Positions 9,507 through 17,623 of a stretch of 64,000 nucleotides of DNA are shown one piece after another (within the stretch, counting starts at the first letter, position 1; each line of letters opens with the position of its first letter). The DNA comes from Planctomycetota bacterium (GTDB taxonomy: Bacteria; Planctomycetota; Planctomycetia; Pirellulales; Pirellulaceae). The notes under the pieces were generated by a model. The model saw only the letters and a program-made list of their open reading frames with translations. It did not search any database and was not told the DNA's origin. Made by a program: the position numbers and the translations under genes. The DNA is taken from contig JAYZFP010000074.1 in assembly GCA_036336715.1 (NCBI GenBank), forward strand, positions 18,531 through 82,530, in the 5' to 3' direction.

Positions 9507-10928
9507 TTAACCCAGCAGTGACAAAACGAGCTGAGAAGTCTGGTTGGCGTTGCCGAGAACGTTGGTTCCGGCTTGAACCATTGCCTGGTACTTCGTGAAG
9601 TTGGAGATTTCTTCGGCGAAATCGGTGTCACGAATGATGGATTCGGCGTTCACCGTGTTCTCAAGGGTTGCTCGAAGGTTGCTTGCCGTCGCTTCCAGCG
9701 TGTTCTGCTGGAAGGCACCCAGCGTGCCCCGCAGGTTACTGATTTCGTCGATCGCCTGATCCACAACCGCCAGGGCGTCCTGGGCCTTGGACTGCGAGGT
9801 GACGCTGATGTCGTTGAGGCTGGTGAACTGGTTGTTGGCAACACCCAGTCCCAGGCCGGTTGGATTTGCCCGATCGATGGCAATATCGACGGTCTGGTTC
9901 TGGTTGGCACCAATCTGGAATGTCAGGCTGTTATCCGTAACCGTAACTGTACCTTGGGCACCGCTGACAGTGTTCAAGGCATCGGTTCCGTCAGCTGCTA
10001 TCAAAACCTGGACCCCTGTGGATACCCCTGCTGCTCCCGTGAGAACAGCTCCACTACCGGTTGCAGTAGCACCGTTAATGGTACCTGCGATATTGCCACC
10101 GGTGTCAGTTTCCACCGACGTGGTGAAGCCAGCACTGTTGGCTCCCGACTGATTGGAGACAACATCGATTCTGGCCGATGTGCCAAAAGTCTCGGTTCGA
10201 AGTCGGGTGGCGGTGGCATCCGCGTTGTCATTCTCGGCAACGACACCGGTCTGGCCGGTGAATTCATTGATTCGGGACTGAACACCTGCTTTATCCAAAC
10301 CGGCCGCCAAGGAGATGTTCACTCCGTTAATGGTAATGATCTCATCCTGAGCCAGTGTGGTCGCGTCCTGTGCGGTGGTGGCAATCACTTCTGCTCGCGT
10401 AGCAGCGGTAGTCACGTTAACGGCATAGCTTCCGGCACTGGTATCGGAAGTCGCCGTCAGGAAAGTTACGTCCGCATCGCTGGCAGTCCCGGTCAATCCG
10501 GCGGAACCGTCCAAGAGCTTTTTTGTGCCGAACTGCGTGTTGTTGGCAATTCGGTTGATCGTATCCAGAGCATTGGTGATTTCCGCCTGGTTGGCAGTCA
10601 GGGCGTCCGAGTCGTTAACAGCGGAGTTTGCAGAGTCCAGAGCCAATCCCCGAACCTTGACCAGCAGGCTGTTGATCTCGTTCAGTGCTCCCTCTGCCGT
10701 CTGGATGACAGAGACGCCTTTTTCCGTATTGTCGATGGCTGTTTTAAGACCGGCAATTTGAGCCCGTTGCTTTTCCGAAATAACCAGAGCCGAAGGGCCA
10801 TCGGCACCCCGGTTGATCTTCAGGCCGGAAGACAGACGCTCGAGGGACTTTCCAAGAGCACCGGTGTTTCTGGTAAGGTTGTGTTGTGCCGCAATAGCAC
10901 CCACGTTGTTTGCAAGTTTTAAACTCAT
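9507..10928 (-). CDS. fliC: Flagellin
   Basis: Conserved flagellin N-domain (LERLSSGLKINRGADGPSALVISEKQRAQIAGL) and C-domain (NLRGTLGAFQQNTLE ... QAGTNVLGNANQTSQLVLSLLG), with a T/A/G-rich variable centre. Confidence 0.92.
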   Translation of the reverse strand: MSLKLANNVGAIAAQHNLTRNTGALGKSLERLSSGLKINRGADGPSALVISEKQRAQIAGLKTAIDNTEKGVSVIQTAEGALNEINSLLVKVRGLALDSANSAVNDSDALTANQAEITNALDTINRIANNTQFGTKKLLDGSAGLTGTASDADVTFLTATSDTSAGSYAVNVTTAATRAEVIATTAQDATTLAQDEIITINGVNISLAAGLDKAGVQSRINEFTGQTGVVAENDNADATATRLRTETFGTSARIDVVSNQSGANSAGFTTSVETDTGGNIAGTINGATATGSGAVLTGAAGVSTGVQVLIAADGTDALNTVSGAQGTVTVTDNSLTFQIGANQNQTVDIAIDRANPTGLGLGVANNQFTSLNDISVTSQSKAQDALAVVDQAIDEISNLRGTLGAFQQNTLEATASNLRATLENTVNAESIIRDTDFAEEISNFTKYQAMVQAGTNVLGNANQTSQLVLSLLG

Positions 10929-11033
10929 CTACACTCTCTTCAAAAAATTTTTGTCAAGCTCAAGAGTCCATCCAAGGCGAATTTTTCCTAGTAAGGGGCG
11001 GTCACCTGTCGCTTGATTTCCATGAAATGAAAA

Positions 11034-11327
11034 TTACGAAATGTCCAGAATCGCGCTTGCCAGCTGAAGGTAGGTATCGCGATCACTGTAATAGCCGTCG
11101 TTCAGTTTTTCTTGGGCCTGTTCGACAACATCATGACGAACCTGCCCATGATTACGGAAATCGGCAGCGTGGGCAGTCACATTGGTTGCAGGCGTTCGCC
11201 CCTTAGCTTCAAGATGTTTGCCAGCAATATGTGCTGAATCTTTGCGATTGCTGACTTCACCATGCTTTTTGGGTTGACCGCCATTGATCGACTGGCTGAC
11301 AAGACCATTGGTATTGATGAGGCTCAT
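11034..11327 (-). CDS. flgM: Anti-sigma-28 factor FlgM-like protein
   Basis: 97 aa with a disordered N-terminal half. The C-terminal VRHDVVEQAQEKLNDGYYSDRDTYLQLASAILD matches the FlgM V-x-x-I/L-K-x-x-I-x-x-G-x-Y...IA-x-x-L pattern. Good RBS (AAGGAG) and a position immediately upstream of fliC. Confidence 0.6.
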   Translation of the reverse strand: MSLINTNGLVSQSINGGQPKKHGEVSNRKDSAHIAGKHLEAKGRTPATNVTAHAADFRNHGQVRHDVVEQAQEKLNDGYYSDRDTYLQLASAILDIS

Positions 11328-11410
11328 GCAAACTCCTTGATTGGTAAACCAAGTAACTAATAATGGTTATCGATAGCAATGATGGCAACTTGCTCTCTTT
11401 TGATTAGAGT

Positions 11411-11438
11411 TAAGAAAATAATTCACTCCGACCGATAA
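11411..11438 (+). promoter_or_regulatory. Sigma-28 (FliA)-like promoter motif
   Basis: TAAG-N16-ACCGATAA compared with consensus TAAA-N15-GCCGATAA. It is about 110 nt upstream of ATG 11548, in the divergent gap next to the flgM-like gene. Confidence 0.45.
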
Positions 11439-11547
11439 AAAAATTCTGAATGGGTTGAGTTTGATTGCTGTAAGTTTTGTATCAGCTGGTCAGATTGTGT
11501 GACTTCGCCGCGGTGGCAGCTTTGGGTCGATAGCACGGTTTTTTTCG

Positions 11548-13800
11548 ATGTTTGTGGGCAAAAAATTCTGGTTACTTCCGGTGCTGTATGTAAATTCAGT
11601 GGCGCTTGGGGTGATTTCAATGTGGCTTTTTGCCTCGCCTTCTGAAAAAAACGCAGCTTCGGCCATCCGGGAAAAAATTATCAAGCGAGCGCTGGATTTC
11701 AGCAATTACTCCGGCCGGGTGGCCAACTATTCCATTTCGCATGGCGACCAGCTGTTTCTGCTCCAGGAATATGAACGGGCCATTTCCCATTACCGGGAGG
11801 TCAAACGTGTCCAACCGGAGGATCTGGCGGTTCAATACCGGATTGCCCTGGCACTGGAGGCTTCCACACGCCTGAGTGGTGCGCAGGCAACCTACCGGAA
11901 CATCGCAAGTTCCACGCAAAGCCAGTACCTTAAACGGGCTTCCCAGCTTGGAATTGCCCGCACGGACTGGAAATTGAAGAACCCTCGTGAGTCCCGGCTC
12001 ATGCTCTGGCAGCTCTTTCTGGATCAGGATCGGGTTCTTGACGCAACGAAAGCAAATTCGTGGTTCAACGGGACGGTTTTGCACCACTTGGCCATCCAGC
12101 AGGTTGATTCACTACTCAAGCGGGACATCAAAATATCAACCGATCTGGATGATTTCCTATATGCTTCCGTCGGCTTCGACGGAGAGTTTTACCTGGGGGA
12201 ACTGAAAAATTATCTGAAAGCAGCATCCAGTGATGAAACGGATCCGCTGGATGGGGTGCCCGGTCGAGACGCATCGGCCGGCGTTTCCGTCGGGACGGGT
12301 GCCTGGGATGGGGATGCGGTGGACAGTCGAGTGCAACTGGTTACCTACCTGGAGACCGCCGGTGGAGAGTTGGTACCAAGTCAGGAAAATCGGGAAAAAC
12401 TGGAATTGGTGCTGAGCAACGATTATGCTGAAACGCAGTCCAAGCTGGTGCAGGTGCGAGCAGACCAGGTAGGGACCGTGGAGCTTTTCACCACCCTGGA
12501 AAGTGTGCTGGGGCGATCAATTGTTTTCACGGAGGCTGCCAAAAACGCGGTCCAAAACCGTCCGCTTACCGTTTGCCTTGACCAGATAGATGTCGCAACG
12601 TTTCTATTCGCTTTGACGTCGCTCTACGATCTTTTCTGGGTGGATAACGGAAATGAATTTCAAATCGTCACTCGCGACGAGCTGACGGCCGAGGAATTGG
12701 AAAAATCAGAAAGGGCAAGGGCGATTCATATGGCCCAGTATGCCATTTTTGATCACCCGGAAGATCGCCTTGCATCGGCCACCCAGTTTGCTTACGGAAA
12801 CCTGTCTTTCCAGAAGCGGGATTGGTCAGGAGCACTTACCAATTACCGGGAAGCTCTCAAGAAGAGTACGCTGCAAATGCAGATGAAACAGAGTGCTCAC
12901 TTTAACCTCGGAAAGACCTTGCTCAATCTGAACCTGTTGAGTGAGGCCGAACGTTCGTTTTACAACGCCATTGATGATTCTTTCGGGGGGGAACTGGCTG
13001 CTGCTGCACTGTTGATCATCAGTGAGTTGGATATTGTTCAGGGTAAATACGAATCAGCCATCAAGCTCGCGTCCCGAGCAGCATCCTCGGCGGAAACCGA
13101 CGTTTTACGCGAAAAGGCTGTCGTCCTGTTGAGTACCGCTTACCTGCTTGCGGAGAAATATTTTGCTGCCAACCAGTCCCTGGTAGAAAACAGGGGTTGG
13201 ATCCGCACGAAAAAGATGGTCGATGTCGCCACGTTTGTATCCGCTTATGCGAGGATGCTCTCGCAGGAAGAACATATCAACGAAGAACCGGAAGACCTCC
13301 TTCGGTCCTCGCAAAATCTGCCACTTGAACTGGTTGGGTTTCCCCACATGCATCTGCTGAAAGGAAGGGCCCTTCGCATACTGGGTTTGCAGAGGCAGTC
13401 CGTGGAAACCCTGATTGAATCCCATACCCGGCTGCAGGAGAGTGACCTCAGGTCGCGGGTCAAGGCAGAAATCAGTCATTCGCTTTTCGACGCCGGACCC
13501 TATTCCGATTTGACCCGTTATTACCGCGAGATTTTTAAGTCGACCTCCGAGGAATTGACTCTTCCCGAAATGGTCAGGAATGCGAGGTTTGAATTCGACG
13601 TAAAAAATTACGAAAACTGCAGGGCGCTCTGCCAAAAAGTACTTGCCAGTAAACCGGACCCCGTTGTGAAACGGCTCGCATTACAGCTTCTTGGCAAGGT
13701 CAGTGAGAGTACCGGTGACCATTATTCCGCGGCGATCTTTTTTTCCGGCGTCTACGATGAAAAAAACATTCAGCAAGAGGGAGAACCTGGTGATCAATAA
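11548..13800 (+). CDS. Membrane-anchored TPR-repeat protein (hypothetical)
   Basis: N-terminal TM helix FWLLPVLYVNSVALGVISMWLFA, then many TPR-like helical pairs (AISHYREVKRVQPEDLAVQYRIALAL; ALTNYREALKKS; SAIKLASRAA). No catalytic motif recognised. Confidence 0.7.
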   Translation: MFVGKKFWLLPVLYVNSVALGVISMWLFASPSEKNAASAIREKIIKRALDFSNYSGRVANYSISHGDQLFLLQEYERAISHYREVKRVQPEDLAVQYRIALALEASTRLSGAQATYRNIASSTQSQYLKRASQLGIARTDWKLKNPRESRLMLWQLFLDQDRVLDATKANSWFNGTVLHHLAIQQVDSLLKRDIKISTDLDDFLYASVGFDGEFYLGELKNYLKAASSDETDPLDGVPGRDASAGVSVGTGAWDGDAVDSRVQLVTYLETAGGELVPSQENREKLELVLSNDYAETQSKLVQVRADQVGTVELFTTLESVLGRSIVFTEAAKNAVQNRPLTVCLDQIDVATFLFALTSLYDLFWVDNGNEFQIVTRDELTAEELEKSERARAIHMAQYAIFDHPEDRLASATQFAYGNLSFQKRDWSGALTNYREALKKSTLQMQMKQSAHFNLGKTLLNLNLLSEAERSFYNAIDDSFGGELAAAALLIISELDIVQGKYESAIKLASRAASSAETDVLREKAVVLLSTAYLLAEKYFAANQSLVENRGWIRTKKMVDVATFVSAYARMLSQEEHINEEPEDLLRSSQNLPLELVGFPHMHLLKGRALRILGLQRQSVETLIESHTRLQESDLRSRVKAEISHSLFDAGPYSDLTRYYREIFKSTSEELTLPEMVRNARFEFDVKNYENCRALCQKVLASKPDPVVKRLALQLLGKVSESTGDHYSAAIFFSGVYDEKNIQQEGEPGDQ

Positions 13801-14710
13801 AGGCCCATTCATGGGATCGCTTAACCTGTTGGCGACGATCTCTCTGGTCGCCGTTTTGCAAACGGGACCACTGGCAGGACAGGAGCCGGACAAGTTGTCA
13901 GGTTCACCCGATGCGGGTGGCGCTCTTGCCAGCCCTCCCAACGATTTGTTGGATGCGGCCTCCAAAGCAAGACAGCAATCCAATGAATCGGTGAAAGCTC
14001 ATCTCTACAGGAAACAGGAGTTAGCCAGGGATGCCCTGCAGGATGCCACGGGCAAACAGATTCGCAATCAGATAGAAACGGTCAATGAACTGAACTCGGT
14101 AGTCAACCGGGCCGCCCTGGAGAGGAAAAACCGGCTCATCCGTCTGGAAAACGAAATGAACGATATCCTCAGCCAGATCCGGGAATTGAAAAACCGCAAG
14201 GTCACTCCCCCGGCGGTACCAAGAAGAGCTCCCGGTCAAGGGACCGGTGAAGAAAAACAGTTGCCGCAGAAGCAGGGAGCGACCAGCGGGCCACTCGAGT
14301 CTTTCCCGAAGAGCGAGGCTCCAAAGAAAAAGGAGGAACGGGAATTCGGCAGCCTGTACCCTAATCCGGTCGACAAGCTGGCTTTGGCAAATAACCTGGT
14401 GGCCATTGAAAAGTATGACACTGCAATCAAGCTCCTTGCTTCCCTGGCCAAGGACAAGGCAACCGACCCGGATGACCTGAATTGGATCAACTACCAGCTG
14501 GCCCGATGCTATCGACGGAAGCATTCTTATCCGGAAGCAGAAAAGTTCCTTCGTGAGGCTGCCAATTCAAGCAACCGGGAGTTCGCCAGGACGACTTCCA
14601 TCTGGTGGTTGGAGCAGATGGAGAGCCACAAAAAAATGCAGGAAAGCCTGGATGTTATGGAGCAACAGCTTAAGAAACTGGGAGGCCAGGATGACGAACC
14701 CGAGCAATAA
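13757..14710 (+). CDS. Secreted coiled-coil plus TPR-like protein (hypothetical)
   Basis: Signal/anchor LNLLATISLVAVLQTGPLAG, a heptad-like segment RNQIETVNELNSVVNRAALERKNRLIRLENEMNDILSQIRELKNRK, a K/E/P linker, and C-terminal TPR-like helices. The start could be ATG 13757 or ATG 13811. Confidence 0.6.
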   Translation: MKKTFSKRENLVINKGPFMGSLNLLATISLVAVLQTGPLAGQEPDKLSGSPDAGGALASPPNDLLDAASKARQQSNESVKAHLYRKQELARDALQDATGKQIRNQIETVNELNSVVNRAALERKNRLIRLENEMNDILSQIRELKNRKVTPPAVPRRAPGQGTGEEKQLPQKQGATSGPLESFPKSEAPKKKEEREFGSLYPNPVDKLALANNLVAIEKYDTAIKLLASLAKDKATDPDDLNWINYQLARCYRRKHSYPEAEKFLREAANSSNREFARTTSIWWLEQMESHKKMQESLDVMEQQLKKLGGQDDEPEQ

Positions 14711-15101
14711 AGTGGAGCAGAAGCTCGTTTCGGTTCTTACGGAGCAGAAACAGATCTATCTCGAGGTCATTCCTGATGCCCTTGAGGTCCAGCAAAAAAT
14801 GGAAGCGGGGGGATTCCCGCAGGATGATTTTGAAAAAATGAACCAGAAGTTGAACAGGATTCGGGAACTCGATCAGAGCATCCTGTCTGAGCGGACACAG
14901 ATCGAGGCTTCGCAACTGCAGCCCGGTTCCGTGTTGCCGGATTTGAAACGGGAGTTGACCGCTCTGGTGGAAAATCTTCTTGAGGTAACCACTTCGCTGG
15001 AGCAGAAAATTGCCGCTGCCAAGCAACAGCTGAAGCCCAATTTGAGCAGCCATCTCATGGCCAGCAAAATGAACAGGGCCTATTCCAAGAGCCGGGGCTG
15101 A
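14691..15101 (+). CDS. Small helical Q/E/L-rich protein, possibly a FlgN-type chaperone (tentative)
   Basis: 136 aa starting at [12 protein letters not shown]. It overlaps the preceding stop by 20 nt. Size, helical composition and neighbourhood fit FlgN, but there is no diagnostic motif. Confidence 0.4.
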   Translation: MTNPSNKVEQKLVSVLTEQKQIYLEVIPDALEVQQKMEAGGFPQDDFEKMNQKLNRIRELDQSILSERTQIEASQLQPGSVLPDLKRELTALVENLLEVTTSLEQKIAAAKQQLKPNLSSHLMASKMNRAYSKSRG

Positions 15102-15130
15102 TTGCCCGCTTGTCGTTTCAATGGGGGGAA

Positions 15131-16240
15131 ATGAAACGCATGGACGAACATCGATTTCCGGATGTTACACCGAACTGCCAGGGATTTCCAAGATTGGCCG
15201 ATTTGATATCGACGGCTGACGATCCCGGGAACGCCAATGGGCATTGGGATTCCACGGAATCCGGGTTGAAGATCAATGATAAAAACCGACAGCTGATCCG
15301 GGAGGTTTCTGCTGAAACCGGAATCGTCTTTCGCTCGGACCGGATGCGAGATCTGATCGAGGAGTCGATTGCCTATGCACAAAGCTCGGCGTCGGTACTG
15401 GTCACCGGCGAGAGTGGAACGGGCAAGGAGTTGTTTGCCAGGCTGATTCATTCACACAGTCAACGCAGCCAGCACCGTTTTGTGCAGGTCAATTGCGCCG
15501 CTCTTTCGGAAAACGTCCTGGAAAGCGAGTTTTTCGGACATGCCAAGGGGGCCTTTACGGGGGCAGATCAGCCTAGGGTCGGCCGATTCGAGTGGGCTGA
15601 CGGTGGGACCCTTCTACTGGACGAAGTCAGCGAAATCCCGGTCCGACTGCAAGCCAAATTGCTCAGGGTCCTCGAGGAGGGAGTTTTCCAGCGCGTGGGG
15701 TGCAATCTTGATCGGGAGGTCGATGTCCGTGTGATTGCCACTTCCAATCGCAACCTTCAGGAGTCGGTTCGCGAGGGGAGCTTCCGTGATGACCTCTATC
15801 ACCGCTTGAATATCCTGCAGGTTGAGATTCCCCCGCTCAGACAAAGGGTGAGCGATGTGGATCTGCTCTGCCAGGCTTTTGTTGATGCATTCCAAGACCA
15901 GGCCGGTCTGCAAATCCGGTCGATCTCCAAATCGGCCATGCGAAGGCTGAAGAACTTTTCCTGGCCCGGTAATGTCCGGCAATTGAGGAATGTTATTTGC
16001 CGGGCTTGCATCCTGGCCGACGAAGAATCCCTGCAGGAACGGCATATTCGTTTGGACGCCAAGCCTGTGGAAACGCTGCCGGAGCGACTTTTGAACATGA
16101 CGATGGCAGAAATCGAAAAACTGATGATCCTCACCAGCTTGCAACGATTCGATGGCAACAAGACCCAGACCGCCAGCCACCTGGGGATCACTTCACGCAC
16201 GTTGCACAACAAGCTGAAGCTGTACCAGGAAGCTGCTTGA
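15131..16240 (+). CDS. Sigma-54-dependent transcriptional activator (AAA+ EBP, no receiver domain)
   Basis: Walker [15 protein letters not shown] loop (HAKGAFTGA), Walker [10 protein letters not shown], and a C-terminal Fis-type HTH ([18 protein letters not shown]). Only about 85 residues precede the AAA+ core. Confidence 0.88.
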   Translation: MKRMDEHRFPDVTPNCQGFPRLADLISTADDPGNANGHWDSTESGLKINDKNRQLIREVSAETGIVFRSDRMRDLIEESIAYAQSSASVLVTGESGTGKELFARLIHSHSQRSQHRFVQVNCAALSENVLESEFFGHAKGAFTGADQPRVGRFEWADGGTLLLDEVSEIPVRLQAKLLRVLEEGVFQRVGCNLDREVDVRVIATSNRNLQESVREGSFRDDLYHRLNILQVEIPPLRQRVSDVDLLCQAFVDAFQDQAGLQIRSISKSAMRRLKNFSWPGNVRQLRNVICRACILADEESLQERHIRLDAKPVETLPERLLNMTMAEIEKLMILTSLQRFDGNKTQTASHLGITSRTLHNKLKLYQEAA

Positions 16241-16403
16241 GTGGTGGTTTTCTCCGGTTGCAAATAGTGGAACCGCGTGCCGGATATTGCTTCCTGGAGG
16301 AAGCCGGCGGAATTCCCTGAATCAAATGGCACAGGAGGGTTCGCGCCCAAGACCGCCAGGCCTTCCAGCAAAAGAGCGAAGCCAGTGAATCAGCTTTGGA
16401 GAT

Positions 16404-17546
16404 TCACCTGAGCTTGTTTTCGTACCAGACGACATTGTTGGATCCTCTGCCGGCATTCAGCAAATCAGCATCTCCGTCACCATCCATGTCGATGGTTCGC
16501 AAGTCATAACTTTGCTGTTTTGGGTCCAGGGTGTGAATTTTGAAGCTCCCCCGACCATCGTTTTCGTACCAACGGACCCATTCACTCTCGTACCCGCAAC
16601 TGGCCACATCGATATCACCATCCTGATCGTGGTCAGCGACGGTCAGGCTGTGCGGTTGTCGCATGCGGGAGTCGATTTCATGGATGGTCCAGCCGGGATT
16701 CTCAAACCAGAGAACGCCAGCGCTATGACCCCGGCTGGCAACCCAGTCGACCTTTCCGTCTCCATTCACGTCTGCCGGCAGGATATTGGTTGCAGCAAGC
16801 TGGTTTTCCGCAAGGATGGTTTTTTTCCATTTCCCCCTGACCCCTTTCCTGCCCGGATTGCTCCAGAATGCAAACCAGTTTCCGTCAGCGAAAGGTCCCC
16901 CTTTTGCACCGACGGCAATCTCCTTCCACCCGTCCCCATCAATATCTCCCGCTCCCATGTAGTGGCTCCCCCCGCGGGCGTCTCCCACGGCAAACAGATG
17001 CCGGTTCCACTGCTTGGCTTTCCTAGGGTTTTTCGGAACGCTGAACCAGGCAATCGAGTCTCGTAACCCCATTTCCGGTTCAAAATTATTGATGACCAGG
17101 TCCTCTTTCCCGTCGTTATCGATGTCGGATGTCAGGATGCAGTGGATCCCGGTAATCACCGGGTCGATCTGTCTTGGTGTCCATGCGCCCTTTTGCGCGT
17201 CCTCTTTTCCCGGGTTTTCAAGCCAGAATGGATGTCCATGGGCGAGCGTGCCTGCCCAGTCGGTGTCACCATCTCCGTCGACGTCGAGGGTTGCGCTGTG
17301 GATGCAGTTTCCGGTTCCGCCTTCGAACCGGTGCAGGATGATTTCCTTTTTCCAGTCGGGCGCCATGAATAGGCTGACTTTGCCATTGATACCGGCGATC
17401 ACATCGAGGAACCGGTCCCCGTTAACATCGATTGCTACCGCCGTATTGCAATGACCCTGCTGCATGACGGTGTGCTTGACCCACTGTTGGGCATGCGTGG
17501 TGACAGCAAGGCAGATAAAAAACAGTAAAGCAGCGGAGTATTTCAT
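16404..17546 (-). CDS. FG-GAP/VCBS repeat protein, secreted
   Basis: Signal peptide MKYSAALLFFICLAVTTHA. Repeated Ca-binding loops DVNGDRFLDV, DVDGDGDTDW, DIDNDGKEDL, DIDGDGWKEI, DVNGDGKVDW, DHDQDGDIDV and DMDGDGDADL. Confidence 0.8.
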   Translation of the reverse strand: MKYSAALLFFICLAVTTHAQQWVKHTVMQQGHCNTAVAIDVNGDRFLDVIAGINGKVSLFMAPDWKKEIILHRFEGGTGNCIHSATLDVDGDGDTDWAGTLAHGHPFWLENPGKEDAQKGAWTPRQIDPVITGIHCILTSDIDNDGKEDLVINNFEPEMGLRDSIAWFSVPKNPRKAKQWNRHLFAVGDARGGSHYMGAGDIDGDGWKEIAVGAKGGPFADGNWFAFWSNPGRKGVRGKWKKTILAENQLAATNILPADVNGDGKVDWVASRGHSAGVLWFENPGWTIHEIDSRMRQPHSLTVADHDQDGDIDVASCGYESEWVRWYENDGRGSFKIHTLDPKQQSYDLRTIDMDGDGDADLLNAGRGSNNVVWYENKLR

Positions 17547-17623
17547 ATTTTAACTTCCAGGAGAAAATCTGGATGCGATTGTACCGTTACCAGCAAGGGG
17601 GGGGGTACCTTGCGGAACCGTGT

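Noticed and set aside
9573-10922. A 449-aa plus-strand ORF covering the whole flagellin gene.
   Set aside because: It is antisense to an unmistakable fliC. High-GC third positions and A/T/G-rich codons keep the opposite strand open. The translation is Cys/Arg/Gly-rich nonsense.
11328-11410. A sigma-28-like -10 element (ATCGATAA on the minus strand) as a promoter for the flgM-like gene.
   Set aside because: It matches only 6 of 8 positions, and there is no TAAA-like -35 at 15-16 nt spacing. That is too weak to report as a feature.
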